From the NCBI GenBank assembly GCA_035527835.1, contig DATKZS010000109.1:819-64818 (forward strand): 64,000 nt of DNA. Direction: 5' to 3'. How positions within the stretch are numbered: position 1 is the first letter of the stretch; each line of letters opens with the position of its first letter. Below are positions 38,165 to 47,148 of this stretch, in pieces. The notes under the pieces are model-generated. The model worked only from the letters and a program-made list of their open reading frames with translations. It did no database searches and had not been told where the DNA came from. Both the position numbers and the translations under genes were made by a program. This DNA is from a bacterium. Lineage in GTDB: Bacteria > RBG-13-61-14 > DATKZS01.

Positions 38165-41100
38165 ATGATCACGGCAACCGCGAAAAAGAAGATGGGGATC
38201 ATGCTGGCTCTGTTAATGGTCGTTCTGCCCGGCAGCGGCGGCGCGGCGGAGGTCAACAATTTCATCGGGACGGGCGGCTCGGGCTTCGGCGTGGGCAGCA
38301 CCTTTCCGGGCCCGTGTCTGCCCTTCGGCATGGCGCGTCCGGGCCCGGACACGGCACGGCTGGGCGTTTCCTTAAGCTTTTACCATTGCGGGGGCTATTA
38401 TTATTCCGACGGCCAGGTGCGCGGCTTCAGCCAGTTCCGCCTCTCCGGCATCGGCGCGGTGGACTACGGCAACGTGCTGGTCATGCCGACGCTCAACCGG
38501 TCCGGGCATTATGACGATGAGTCCAGCTACCGCCAGAGGTTCGAGCATAAGAGCGAGCAGGCCGACCCCGGCTATTACGCCGTGACCCTGGAGAGCTCCG
38601 GCATCCGCGCTGAGCTTACCGCGACCGAGCACTGCGGGCTCCACCGCTTCACTTTTCCGACGGCCGGCCGCGGGCGGATCATTATCAACGCGGCGCACGC
38701 CAACGCCAAGGACGGCGTGTGCGCGGCGGAGGTGGAGGTCGCGCCGGTCTCGCGCGAGGTCACGGGCCGCGCGGTGAGCTGCGGGAGCTTGAGCGGCCGT
38801 AACGGGGGCGTCGAGATATTCTTCGCGGCGCGGCTTAGCCGGCCTATCCTCACGAGCGGCTTTTCGCAAGACGGCGCGGTGGCGTGGGTGGAGGTCGAGA
38901 CCGGACCGGACGACCCGGCGCTGGTGGCGGTCGGCCTCTCCTTTATCAGCGTGGAGCAGGCGCGGAGGCACCTGGACGGGGAGGTCAAGGGCAAGAGCTT
39001 TGACCTGGTTCGCGCCGACGCGGAGCTTAAGTGGGCGCGGGCGCTCAAGCTCATCGAGATCAGCGGCGGCACGCCGGACCAGCGCGCGATTTTTTACACG
39101 GCGCTGTATCACAGTGAGATCATGCCCACGGACTTCACCGAGTCCGGCGGGCTCTACCGCGGCTTTGACGAGAAGGTCCACGAGGCGCGGGGCTTCACCT
39201 ACTACACGGACTTTTCGTTGTGGGACACGTTCCGGACGCTGCACCCTCTGCTCACCCTGCTCCTGCCGGAGCGCTCCGGCGACATGATGCAATCGCTCAC
39301 GCTGATGGCCGAGCAGGGCGGGTATCTGCCGCGCTGGCCCACCGGATACCGCTACACCTCGTGCATGATCGGCCAAAACGCGGACAACGTGATCGCCGAC
39401 GCGTACGTGAAGGGCGTGCGCAACTTCGACGCGGCCGCGGCCTATGCCGCCATGCGCCAGGCGGCCACGGAGCCCATGCCGCCCGGCCGGGGCTACCCGG
39501 AGCTTGACGGACTCGCCGAGTACATGAGCCAGGGCTACGTGCCGGCGGACCGCTACGGCGGCGCCGCGTCCTGGACCATCGAGCTTTCCTATAACGACTT
39601 CGCCATCGCGCAAATGGCGCGGGCGCTGGGCCATGATGAGGACCATGATACGTTCATGGCGCGCTCCGGGAACTGGCGCAACATCTGGGACGCGAAGAGC
39701 GGGTATCTGCGCGGGCGCAAGGCCGACGGCGCTTTTAAATGGCCGTTCGCGGCGTGGGCGTGGACAAGCTATTACGTGGAGGGCGACGCGCGGCAGTGGG
39801 TATGGGCGCCGCTGCACGACGCGCACGGGCTGATCGAGCTGATGGGCGGGCCGGAAAAATTCGCACAGCGGCTGAACGGGTTTTTCGAAAAGAGCGCGGA
39901 GCGGCCGGACACGTTCTTGTGGGACACCTATTACTGGCACGGCAACGAGCCGGACATCCACGCGGCGTATCTTTTCGATTACGCGGGCCGGCCGGACCTC
40001 ACCCAGAAATGGGCGCGCTGGGTCATGGCCGCGAAGTACAAGAACGCGCCCGGCGGACTGGACGGCAACGACGACTGCGGCACGCTCTCGGCGTGGTACG
40101 TCTTCAGCGCGCTGGGCTTCTACCCGGTGGCCGCGACCGACACGTACCTCGTGGGCTCGCCGCTCTTTCCGCGCGCCGTGCTCCACTTGCCCGGCGGAGA
40201 CCTCACGGTGCGCGCCGTCAACGACCCCGCCAAAAACATCTACGTGCGCCGCGTCTCCATCAACGGCCGGCCGCTCGAGCGTCCGTGGTTCAGGCATGAC
40301 GACATCGCGCACGGCGGCGAGATCGTGTTCGAGATGTCCGCCGAGCCCGGAGCGTGGAACGCTCCGGCCGCAGCTCCCGTGGCGGCGCCGCCTACGGCGG
40401 CGGGCGACGCCGCGTTCATTGACTGGGCGCATCTTAAGAATCCGGTGCTCTCGCTCGAAGACCGCGCGGTCAAGGACCAGGTCGTGGTGTACGACAACGG
40501 CTGGTTTTACATCTTCGCTTCCAACCGCTTCGAAAATAACGATGACGATACCTTTCTCGAGGGGATCCGTTTTTATCGGACGCGCGACTTCAAGACCTAC
40601 GAGCCTTTCTTCGATCCCGACCTCATCACCTATTACCAGGGCCGGCCTGGGTTCCCGGAGTCGCCGGACGTGGTGAACGTGAACGGCGTCTGGCACATGG
40701 TGTTCCAGTCGCGCCTCACCGATCATGAGCATTACCGCCTCTTCCATTCGGTCTCGCACGACCTCATGGACTGGTCGCCCGCGGTCGAGATCGCGCCCGG
40801 GAACAAGCCGAAAGAAAGACAGATTGACGGCGCGCTGGCCTACGAGGGCGGCCATTTCATCCTGGGCTACAAGGGCCGGCAGAAGTTTTACGTGACCCGC
40901 TCCCTGGGCCCGGAGCTTGACGGCGCATGGGAAGCGGCCCGGCGGGCGAGCGCGGGCGGGAAATGGGCGGAGAATTTTCAGTTCATCCGGATTGACGGTG
41001 CCTGGCGCATGATCGCCACCGCCATCAACCCCAAGGTCCTCAAGCGCTGCGGCTACACCTGCGGCCACGAGGCCTACATCTACGAGATGGACGGCAAAGG

Positions 41101-41353
41101 CGGTCAGGATGACGACTGGACGCGCTGGACCGACATGCGCCGCCTCGAAGTTCCGACGGAGGACTGGAACCGCGTGATGATTGACAACTCGGCCTATCTC
41201 TGCGACTGGCGGCAATTCGACGGCTGGTTCTACCTGTTCTACGCCGGGTGCAACGACGACGGCCGGTTCCAGAAGCAGGGCCACGGCCAGATCGGGGTGG
41301 CGAGGTCAAGGGACCTGATCACGTGGAGACTTCCGGGGCAGATGGATGATTGA
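38165..41353 (+). CDS. secreted GH92-family alpha-mannosidase with extra C-terminal beta-propeller-like domain of about 300 aa
   Basis: A signal peptide is present, as is the GH92 N-terminal signature FIGTGGSGFGVGSTFPGPCLPFGMARPGPDT. The C-terminal domain with WFYIF and GVWHMVF motifs resembles GH43/GH130-type propellers. Confidence 0.7.
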   Translation: MITATAKKKMGIMLALLMVVLPGSGGAAEVNNFIGTGGSGFGVGSTFPGPCLPFGMARPGPDTARLGVSLSFYHCGGYYYSDGQVRGFSQFRLSGIGAVDYGNVLVMPTLNRSGHYDDESSYRQRFEHKSEQADPGYYAVTLESSGIRAELTATEHCGLHRFTFPTAGRGRIIINAAHANAKDGVCAAEVEVAPVSREVTGRAVSCGSLSGRNGGVEIFFAARLSRPILTSGFSQDGAVAWVEVETGPDDPALVAVGLSFISVEQARRHLDGEVKGKSFDLVRADAELKWARALKLIEISGGTPDQRAIFYTALYHSEIMPTDFTESGGLYRGFDEKVHEARGFTYYTDFSLWDTFRTLHPLLTLLLPERSGDMMQSLTLMAEQGGYLPRWPTGYRYTSCMIGQNADNVIADAYVKGVRNFDAAAAYAAMRQAATEPMPPGRGYPELDGLAEYMSQGYVPADRYGGAASWTIELSYNDFAIAQMARALGHDEDHDTFMARSGNWRNIWDAKSGYLRGRKADGAFKWPFAAWAWTSYYVEGDARQWVWAPLHDAHGLIELMGGPEKFAQRLNGFFEKSAERPDTFLWDTYYWHGNEPDIHAAYLFDYAGRPDLTQKWARWVMAAKYKNAPGGLDGNDDCGTLSAWYVFSALGFYPVAATDTYLVGSPLFPRAVLHLPGGDLTVRAVNDPAKNIYVRRVSINGRPLERPWFRHDDIAHGGEIVFEMSAEPGAWNAPAAAPVAAPPTAAGDAAFIDWAHLKNPVLSLEDRAVKDQVVVYDNGWFYIFASNRFENNDDDTFLEGIRFYRTRDFKTYEPFFDPDLITYYQGRPGFPESPDVVNVNGVWHMVFQSRLTDHEHYRLFHSVSHDLMDWSPAVEIAPGNKPKERQIDGALAYEGGHFILGYKGRQKFYVTRSLGPELDGAWEAARRASAGGKWAENFQFIRIDGAWRMIATAINPKVLKRCGYTCGHEAYIYEMDGKGGQDDDWTRWTDMRRLEVPTEDWNRVMIDNSAYLCDWRQFDGWFYLFYAGCNDDGRFQKQGHGQIGVARSRDLITWRLPGQMDD

Positions 41354-41459
41354 TATGATATTGCAAAGCATTTTCTTGCGTCACTTCCTGGATTTAAATT
41401 TTCAGATCAGGTAAAATTGATATGGAAGTGAAAGTAATGGTTCTACGAAGGGGGGTACC

Positions 41460-42386
41460 ATGCCAAAAAAACGAGTTGAACTGGTAACTCATATATTCAA
41501 AGGCGCTCGTTTCGAGGATCACGGCATTGATATAGACGTCCTTGAGGAGTTGATTGTATATAAAAAAATCTTGGTTGAAACAGCCAAGGAACTTTGGCGA
41601 CGTCATAACCCTGATCGTCAAAGATTGCCGAAAAATTTTGAAGATTCTCTCTGCATCAAGTTTTATGAGCTTCGGGAAGGCTCAACTGGCGTTCCGATGA
41701 TGCGGGAAATTGAATATGATAACGGCGAACTCCCTCTTCCACGGCCTGAGGATGAACTGGATGAGGCTGTGAAGGTTGTTGCGGAAGCGGAAGATGCGGC
41801 CAATAATGATTACCCGCTCCCGGATAATTTTCCTAAAAATATCATTCCACTGTTCGATAAATATGGAGACAGTTTGAGAGAAGACGAGAGTTTTGAGCAC
41901 CAGCCGGCAAACTCCGAACGACGTATCATTTATAATAAGAAGACTCGTGAACGGTTGCATAGTTGGTCAGACGGTCAATACGAAGACATGATTGAGCTGA
42001 GCGGGGAAGTCCGAGCCGCAGACCTTGACCAAGGAAATTTCACCATTCGTCTGGATGACGGGACCAAAGTCGCCGGAAAATTTAATCCGAGCCAGGAAGA
42101 AGAGGTAACGCTCGCACTCCGCGAACATGAGAAGAAGAGGCTAAGCGTGAAAGGTAGAGGAGGGTTTTCCTCGCCCGAAGGCAAGCTGAGACGTATTATC
42201 GCCGTGGAGCAAATGATAATTCATCAAGGTAATGGCGACGTTTTTGATGCCAGCGCCCGACCCATTTGGGAAGTCGTTTCCGAGATTGGGGCCTCCGTTC
42301 CCGAAGAGGAATGGGCCAAGGTTCCCACCGATCTTTCGAAAAACCTTGATCATTACTTGTACGGCGCACCCAAGGATGCGAAATGA
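41460..42386 (+). CDS. hypothetical acidic protein (308 aa), putative partner of the downstream PIN toxin (low-GC island)
   Basis: AT-rich codon usage unlike its flanks. The stop overlaps the PIN gene start (ATGA). The C-terminus ends ...KVPTDLSKNLDHYLYGAPKDAK. Confidence 0.5.
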   Translation: MPKKRVELVTHIFKGARFEDHGIDIDVLEELIVYKKILVETAKELWRRHNPDRQRLPKNFEDSLCIKFYELREGSTGVPMMREIEYDNGELPLPRPEDELDEAVKVVAEAEDAANNDYPLPDNFPKNIIPLFDKYGDSLREDESFEHQPANSERRIIYNKKTRERLHSWSDGQYEDMIELSGEVRAADLDQGNFTIRLDDGTKVAGKFNPSQEEEVTLALREHEKKRLSVKGRGGFSSPEGKLRRIIAVEQMIIHQGNGDVFDASARPIWEVVSEIGASVPEEEWAKVPTDLSKNLDHYLYGAPKDAK

Positions 42387-42793
42387 AAAAAATTTTCGCC
42401 GATTCCTCTTATTGGATTGCTCTTCTTAATCCTCGAGATGAACATCATGATAAGGCAAAAATAGTTTCTTCTTCTCTCGGACAGATACATATCGTCACCA
42501 GCGACATGGTTTTAACGGAATTCTTAAATTCCTTTTCCACTAGAGGAACTTTATTGCGAAAAAGGGCAGCAGAAACCGCCAAGGGAATCTTGAACAATCC
42601 CAATGTGAAAGTTGTTGCTCAAACCAGGGAGCAATTCAATGAAGCCCTCTCGCTATTTTCCGACCGAGAGGACAAGGAATGGGGCCTTACTGACTGTTCC
42701 TCCATTAAGATCTGCATTGATAACAAGATCAATGAGGTGTTAACCGCCGACCATCATTTTCAACAAGCCGGCTTGATCGCGTTGTTGTTATAG
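42383..42793 (+). CDS. PIN-domain ribonuclease (VapC-like toxin)
   Basis: The N-terminal FADSSYWIAL motif (first acidic residue) and the later acidic residues TSD and LTDC are present. The length is about 136 aa. Confidence 0.75.
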   Translation: MKKIFADSSYWIALLNPRDEHHDKAKIVSSSLGQIHIVTSDMVLTEFLNSFSTRGTLLRKRAAETAKGILNNPNVKVVAQTREQFNEALSLFSDREDKEWGLTDCSSIKICIDNKINEVLTADHHFQQAGLIALLL

Positions 42794-42817
42794 ACCAGTC
42801 TAGTACTACTTATCTTA

Positions 42818-44134
42818 TCAGTTCCACCCCGCGAGCATCCTCTGGGCCGCATACTTTCCGATGCACAGCGACAGCAGCACGACGGGGGTCCCGAGCTCGT
42901 CGGGGATGACGGAGGCGTCGGAGACGTAGCAGTTCTTGATCCTGGTTTCCAGGTTGTTGTCCACCACGTGTCCGATGCGGGCGGAGCCTCCGGGGTGCGC
43001 GGCCTTGACCGGAGCGGTCCATAACGATGACTTCTTGACCCCGGCCTGAAGCAGAATCTCGCGGGCCCGGGCGTCGCCGGATTCGAGGCGCTTGTGGACT
43101 TCGGGCTCGAGCTTCTTATTGAGTTTCCCGTTCGCGTCAATCGTGCCGGAGACCGGGTCCTTGACCTTGGTCATGATGCCCAGGGTGGTGCGAAGATTCG
43201 GAAGCTGGTCCACACGGAACTTGAGGCCGAGGGATGAGAGTTGGAGGAGCCAGGGCTCGGCCAGGTCGGTGAGCACGAAGCCCTCGGCGGCGTGGAACTG
43301 CCAGGTGCCGGCGGTCATGGGCACGTCGTAGATCGAGCCTTTTTCCTGGCCCGGCCGCCGGCCGTAGGTAAAGACCAGGGGGTCGGTGAAAAAGCCCTGG
43401 CCCGCTTCCTCGATGCCGGAGCGTTTGAGGATGACGGGGGTGCCGAGCCCGCCGGCGGCGATCACCACCTTTTGCGCGCGGACCTCGACCGGCCCTCCCG
43501 GTCCGCGGCCGCGCACGCCCACGGCCTTGCCGTTCTCCTGCATCACCTCATCCACCTTGACCCCGGTCATCAGCGTCATGCCCTGGCCCTGGGCCTGCTT
43601 CACGAACTCGCGGGAGGTCCACTTGGCGCCGCGCTTGCAGCCCAGCATGCACTCACCACAGTCGCGCACGCACTTGTCCGGATTGATGAACTTGGGCAGG
43701 GGCTGCCAGTCAATGCCCAGGGCCCGGGCCGCCTCCATGATGCGGCGGGCGCCGTCGCCGATGAGGCGCTCGGGGAGCGGGGCCACGCCGAGCTCTTCCT
43801 CGAAGGCGTCGGCGTAGGGCATGAGGTCTATGCCGGTCTGTTCCTTGATGAAGGCGGCGGGCTTGGTGGCGGTGCCGCAGTAGATGAGGGACGAGCCGCC
43901 GGTGGTGATGCCGCGGACCATCATGGCGTGTCCGAGCGGCAGCGCGTTCTTGAGGTCCACCTTGGGCAGGACCGAGAGGTGCGAGCCGATCCAGTCGCTG
44001 TCTCCGCCCCACTCCAGCATCGCCACCTTTTTCCCGGCCCGGCAAAGCTCGCGCGCGGCACTGGCCCCGCCCGGGCCCGAGCCCACCACTACCACGTCAT
44101 ATTCCATTGTCATGGCCGTCCCCTCCTTGTTCAT
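42818..44134 (-). CDS. FAD-dependent oxidoreductase (GMC-like)
   Basis: The dinucleotide-binding motif YDVVVVGSGPGG is at the N-terminus. The start may be the later Met (MTMEYD). Confidence 0.7.
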   Translation of the reverse strand: MNKEGTAMTMEYDVVVVGSGPGGASAARELCRAGKKVAMLEWGGDSDWIGSHLSVLPKVDLKNALPLGHAMMVRGITTGGSSLIYCGTATKPAAFIKEQTGIDLMPYADAFEEELGVAPLPERLIGDGARRIMEAARALGIDWQPLPKFINPDKCVRDCGECMLGCKRGAKWTSREFVKQAQGQGMTLMTGVKVDEVMQENGKAVGVRGRGPGGPVEVRAQKVVIAAGGLGTPVILKRSGIEEAGQGFFTDPLVFTYGRRPGQEKGSIYDVPMTAGTWQFHAAEGFVLTDLAEPWLLQLSSLGLKFRVDQLPNLRTTLGIMTKVKDPVSGTIDANGKLNKKLEPEVHKRLESGDARAREILLQAGVKKSSLWTAPVKAAHPGGSARIGHVVDNNLETRIKNCYVSDASVIPDELGTPVVLLSLCIGKYAAQRMLAGWN

Positions 44135-44251
44135 GCCGGGCCGGTTGTGCAGGGCGGGATGCGGGCGCCGGCGCCTGGAATTATAAATGCTGCAATGCCT
44201 GCGCCATTACCATAGCCTAATCCATTGCCCGATTCAATGGCGATCAGGATT

Positions 44252-44725
44252 TCAGGCTTGGCCGGCCGGGCGGTGACGGCGCAGGAAAAGGGCGGCCAGG
44301 GCGAGCGCGGTGATGATGACCGCGAACGCGGGGCTGGAATATTGGATGTAGCCCCGCGCGAAGTCCGTGCGGCGGAGCGGATAAAAAAGCAGCACGGGCC
44401 AGTCGCAGAGCACGTCGAGGCCGAGGGGGACGAGCAGGCAGAACACGGCGAGCAAGTAAAGCGTCATAAATCTGGAGCCCTTGCCCCACTTCCATCCCGC
44501 CCACGCGGCCGGCGCCGCGATCACGGGGAGCGCGAACAGCGTGTGGGTGAAGAGGCGGTGATAATGGTAATACAGGCCGGCGCCGCCGAGGTAAAGGGCG
44601 GCGTCGAGATCGGGCAGGGCCGAGGCGATGACTGCGGCGGCCAGCATCGCCTTCAGGTCCCGGCCGCCGCGGGCCGCGGCCGCTCCCAGGAACATCCCGG
44701 TCATGGAGTGGGTCACGAGGTCCAT
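44252..44725 (-). CDS. DUF457 membrane-bound metal-dependent hydrolase (YdjM-like)
   Basis: The start MDLVTHSMTGMFLG and His-rich TM segments are present. Confidence 0.7.
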   Translation of the reverse strand: MDLVTHSMTGMFLGAAAARGGRDLKAMLAAAVIASALPDLDAALYLGGAGLYYHYHRLFTHTLFALPVIAAPAAWAGWKWGKGSRFMTLYLLAVFCLLVPLGLDVLCDWPVLLFYPLRRTDFARGYIQYSSPAFAVIITALALAALFLRRHRPAGQA

Positions 44726-44734
44726 GGGCGCTCC

Positions 44735-45547
44735 CTAAAAAATCATGGCGCTGAAGAAGAGGCCGATGACTCCATGGATCACGGCGGGCGCCATGATGCC
44801 TCCGGTGCGCTCGTAGATCAGGCCCAGGATGAAGCCCTCGAGTCCGGTGACAAGGGCCTCGCCGATATTGGGACAAAAATCCCGGAGCCGGTCCACGAAG
44901 GGATTGTAATAGGCGAAGCCGTGGCCCAGGCCGAAGATGAGGGAGGCGATAATCAGCCCCCACCCGAAGCCGACGCCCGCGATCTTGAACGGCCGCCCCA
45001 GCGCCCGGTTCAGCCGGCCCTGGATGTAGCCTCGGAACAGCACCTCCTCTCCCACGCCGCAAAACACCACGGTAAAGACCACGGTATCGAGCCAGCCGAT
45101 CAGGTTGGTATCATGCCGGGTGAGGCCCAACCGCTCGCCGAAATGAAAGGGCGGCAGCAGGAGCGCGAGCCTTTTGCCTTCGTACAGATGCGGGACCAGG
45201 GAGAACAGGATCCAGATCGCGGTGAGCTCGGCCGCGGCCACCCGGGAGATGCGCCTTGCCTCCGGGTCGCACAGTTGCGCGCGGCCGAGCCCGAGGTCCG
45301 AGAGGGGACGGCGCATCAGAGCGGTGAGGGCGAGGGGAAAAGCCAGCATCATCAGGTGCGCGAAATAATCCCAGCCCACCAGGTAAAGCTGCACGGTCCC
45401 GAACCAGGTGGTCTCCAGGTACTTGATGAAAAGCAGGAACGCGGAAAACAGCGCCATGACCTCGGCCAGGGCCAATGCTCCCGAGTCCCGCACATCGCTC
45501 ACCTTGAGTCCCGCCGCGATCCTTGTGCTTTCCGCGGCATTTTTCAT
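44735..45547 (-). CDS. CPBP-family intramembrane metalloprotease (CAAX protease/Abi)
   Basis: The EEVLFRGY motif and the FGLGHG motif lie within a polytopic membrane protein. Confidence 0.75.
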   Translation of the reverse strand: MKNAAESTRIAAGLKVSDVRDSGALALAEVMALFSAFLLFIKYLETTWFGTVQLYLVGWDYFAHLMMLAFPLALTALMRRPLSDLGLGRAQLCDPEARRISRVAAAELTAIWILFSLVPHLYEGKRLALLLPPFHFGERLGLTRHDTNLIGWLDTVVFTVVFCGVGEEVLFRGYIQGRLNRALGRPFKIAGVGFGWGLIIASLIFGLGHGFAYYNPFVDRLRDFCPNIGEALVTGLEGFILGLIYERTGGIMAPAVIHGVIGLFFSAMIF

Positions 45548-45551
45548 CTGT

Positions 45552-45620
45552 TCACCCCCAGGTGATGATCATCAGTATCACGATGATGGCCCCCAACAGC
45601 ATAATCAATCTCTCGCTCAT
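45552..45620 (-). CDS. 22-aa hydrophobic peptide ORF immediately upstream of the CPBP protease
   Basis: The ORF encodes MSERLIMLLGAIIVILMIITWG, and its stop lies 4 nt before the protease ATG. It is below the ORF-track size cutoff. This call is speculative. Confidence 0.25.
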   Translation of the reverse strand: MSERLIMLLGAIIVILMIITWG

Positions 45621-45836
45621 GCCCGCCTCCTTTTCATATCCGGCCCTCTTCGCTCATAGGTCATAGCAAGCTCGGTGCCAAGTCCGCGGCCTGGCCGCAA
45701 CCGGCCTATTTCAAAGCGGTTTAATGATTTCAGGAATGGGCCATCGTTTACGGAGGGCATGTAAGCGGTTTCACAGCCCGGCAAGGCAGGGCAGCAATAG
45801 AGAGGCGCGGGAATGGCGTCAGGAGAGTTCGGGCGG

Positions 45837-46598
45837 CTATTTATGCTTGGGCGGAGGAGGATTGTTGGTGGATGGCGCGGGCTTTTCTTCCTTGGCGGGC
45901 GGCTGCTTGTTGTCAGCGGGAGCGTCGTCGCCCTTTTCCCACCAGAAGAGGGCCTTTCTCCACTGGGGCTTGATGTCGGTGCCGTTGGCGCCGGGTTCGA
46001 GCTTTTTCTTGCGGGTGCGGACTTCCTTGCGGATGGCGAGGAGGCGCTCGATGACGATGGAGCGGTTATCGAGGTCGGAGCTGAACTTGGGCACGAACCA
46101 TCCGGGGTCGCGGGCCAGCACGTAGACGACCCTGGTCTTTTGGTGGTCGGGGGCGAACGGGTGCAGCGCGATGGACTCGTATTCGGTCTTGAGGTTTCCT
46201 TCCTCCATGGTGAAAGAGATGGTCCAGGCTTTTTTGTTTTCCGCGGCCTTCAAGGTGTACACGAAGTCCGGGTAGGGCCAGAGGTTGTTGATCCGGATCT
46301 TTACGTGGACGATGTTTTGTTTGCGGTCGAGCAGCTCGGAGCCGGCGATGGAGGGGAAAATTTTCTGGTAAGCGGCGTAGTCGGTGAGCGCGGACCAGAT
46401 CAGCTCGGGGGGCGCGTCAGTCAAAATCTCGCCCTGCACCTCGTGGACCGAAGTCTCGGGGGCCTCGCGGAAGCTGATGAGCACGTCGCCCCGCAACAGC
46501 CGGCCCTCATCCGCGCTAAGAGGCTCCGCCCCGAGCCCGCCGGGGGCGATCCCAACTATCAGTAACATGGCCCCTGCCCATGCCAGGATGTTCTTCAT
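45837..46598 (-). CDS. secreted SRPBCC (START/Bet v1-like) protein
   Basis: A signal peptide MKNILAWAGAMLLIVGIAPGGLGA is followed by a polyketide-cyclase-like fold segment and a Pro/Lys-rich tail. Confidence 0.55.
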   Translation of the reverse strand: MKNILAWAGAMLLIVGIAPGGLGAEPLSADEGRLLRGDVLISFREAPETSVHEVQGEILTDAPPELIWSALTDYAAYQKIFPSIAGSELLDRKQNIVHVKIRINNLWPYPDFVYTLKAAENKKAWTISFTMEEGNLKTEYESIALHPFAPDHQKTRVVYVLARDPGWFVPKFSSDLDNRSIVIERLLAIRKEVRTRKKKLEPGANGTDIKPQWRKALFWWEKGDDAPADNKQPPAKEEKPAPSTNNPPPPKHK

Positions 46599-46716
46599 CT
46601 TCCACGCCGCGGACGGGCATATTGCCTGTGATGGTCGCATCATCCGATTGTAATGCTAGATCAGGGGGACATCAAAGTCAAGGAATAAACGGCGTTCCAA
46701 TCCTGGACAGCGGGTT

Positions 46717-46803
46717 GGGTCAGAGCTTCAGTTTTCAGTTAATGAGAGGATTGCCGAAAGCTGGAGCGATCCCGACATTAACTGAAAACTGAAGCTCTGA
46801 CCC
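46717..46803. repeat. long inverted-repeat hairpin element (copy 2 of 2)
   Basis: Sequence GGGTCAGAGCTTCAGTTTTCAGTTAAT ... ATTAACTGAAAACTGAAGCTCTGACCC. It has compensatory changes relative to the copy at 17389. Confidence 0.75.
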
Positions 46804-46835
46804 TCACCACCGCACAACCGGCAATGGCTTCCGGC

Positions 46836-46866
46836 TTGACATTCAGGCGCCGTTCATCTATTTAAT
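46836..46866 (+). promoter_or_regulatory. sigma70-like promoter for tRNA-Gly
   Basis: TTGACA is followed by a 17-nt spacer and TATTTAAT, about 20 nt upstream of the tRNA 5' end. Confidence 0.45.
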
Positions 46867-46885
46867 AGAGTGTGACCAAAAACCG

Positions 46886-46961
<76 letters not shown>

Positions 46962-47012
46962 ACAACCAATCCCTCCGCCTCGACCGGGGCGGGCTTTTTA
47001 TAGGAAACGTGA

Positions 47013-47110
47013 GGATGCCGGAAGCGGAGAGGAGCGAGGAGCGAGGAGCGAGGAACGAGGGAAGCCCCGGCCTCAAGCCTCACGCCGGCCGCCGCACGTC
47101 TCTTCCCTCG
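47013..47110. repeat. inverted heptanucleotide-repeat pair, (GAGGARC)n and its complement
   Basis: Sequence gaggagcgaggagcgaggaacgaggg ... cctcgatcttcgctccccgcccgtcgctcctc. The same unit family occurs as its reverse complement at 2640-2700. Confidence 0.6.
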
Positions 47111-47148
47111 ATCTTCGCTCCCCGCCCGTCGCTCCTCTTTGAGGACTA

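Noticed and set aside
38372-41284. 970-aa minus-strand ORF antisense to the GH92 gene
   Set aside because: No motifs and a biased composition. The plus frame has the GH92 signature and a signal peptide.
43241-44215. 324-aa plus ORF antisense to the FAD oxidoreductase
   Set aside because: The minus frame has the GxGxxG FAD-binding motif. The plus frame is Gly/Ala/His-rich.
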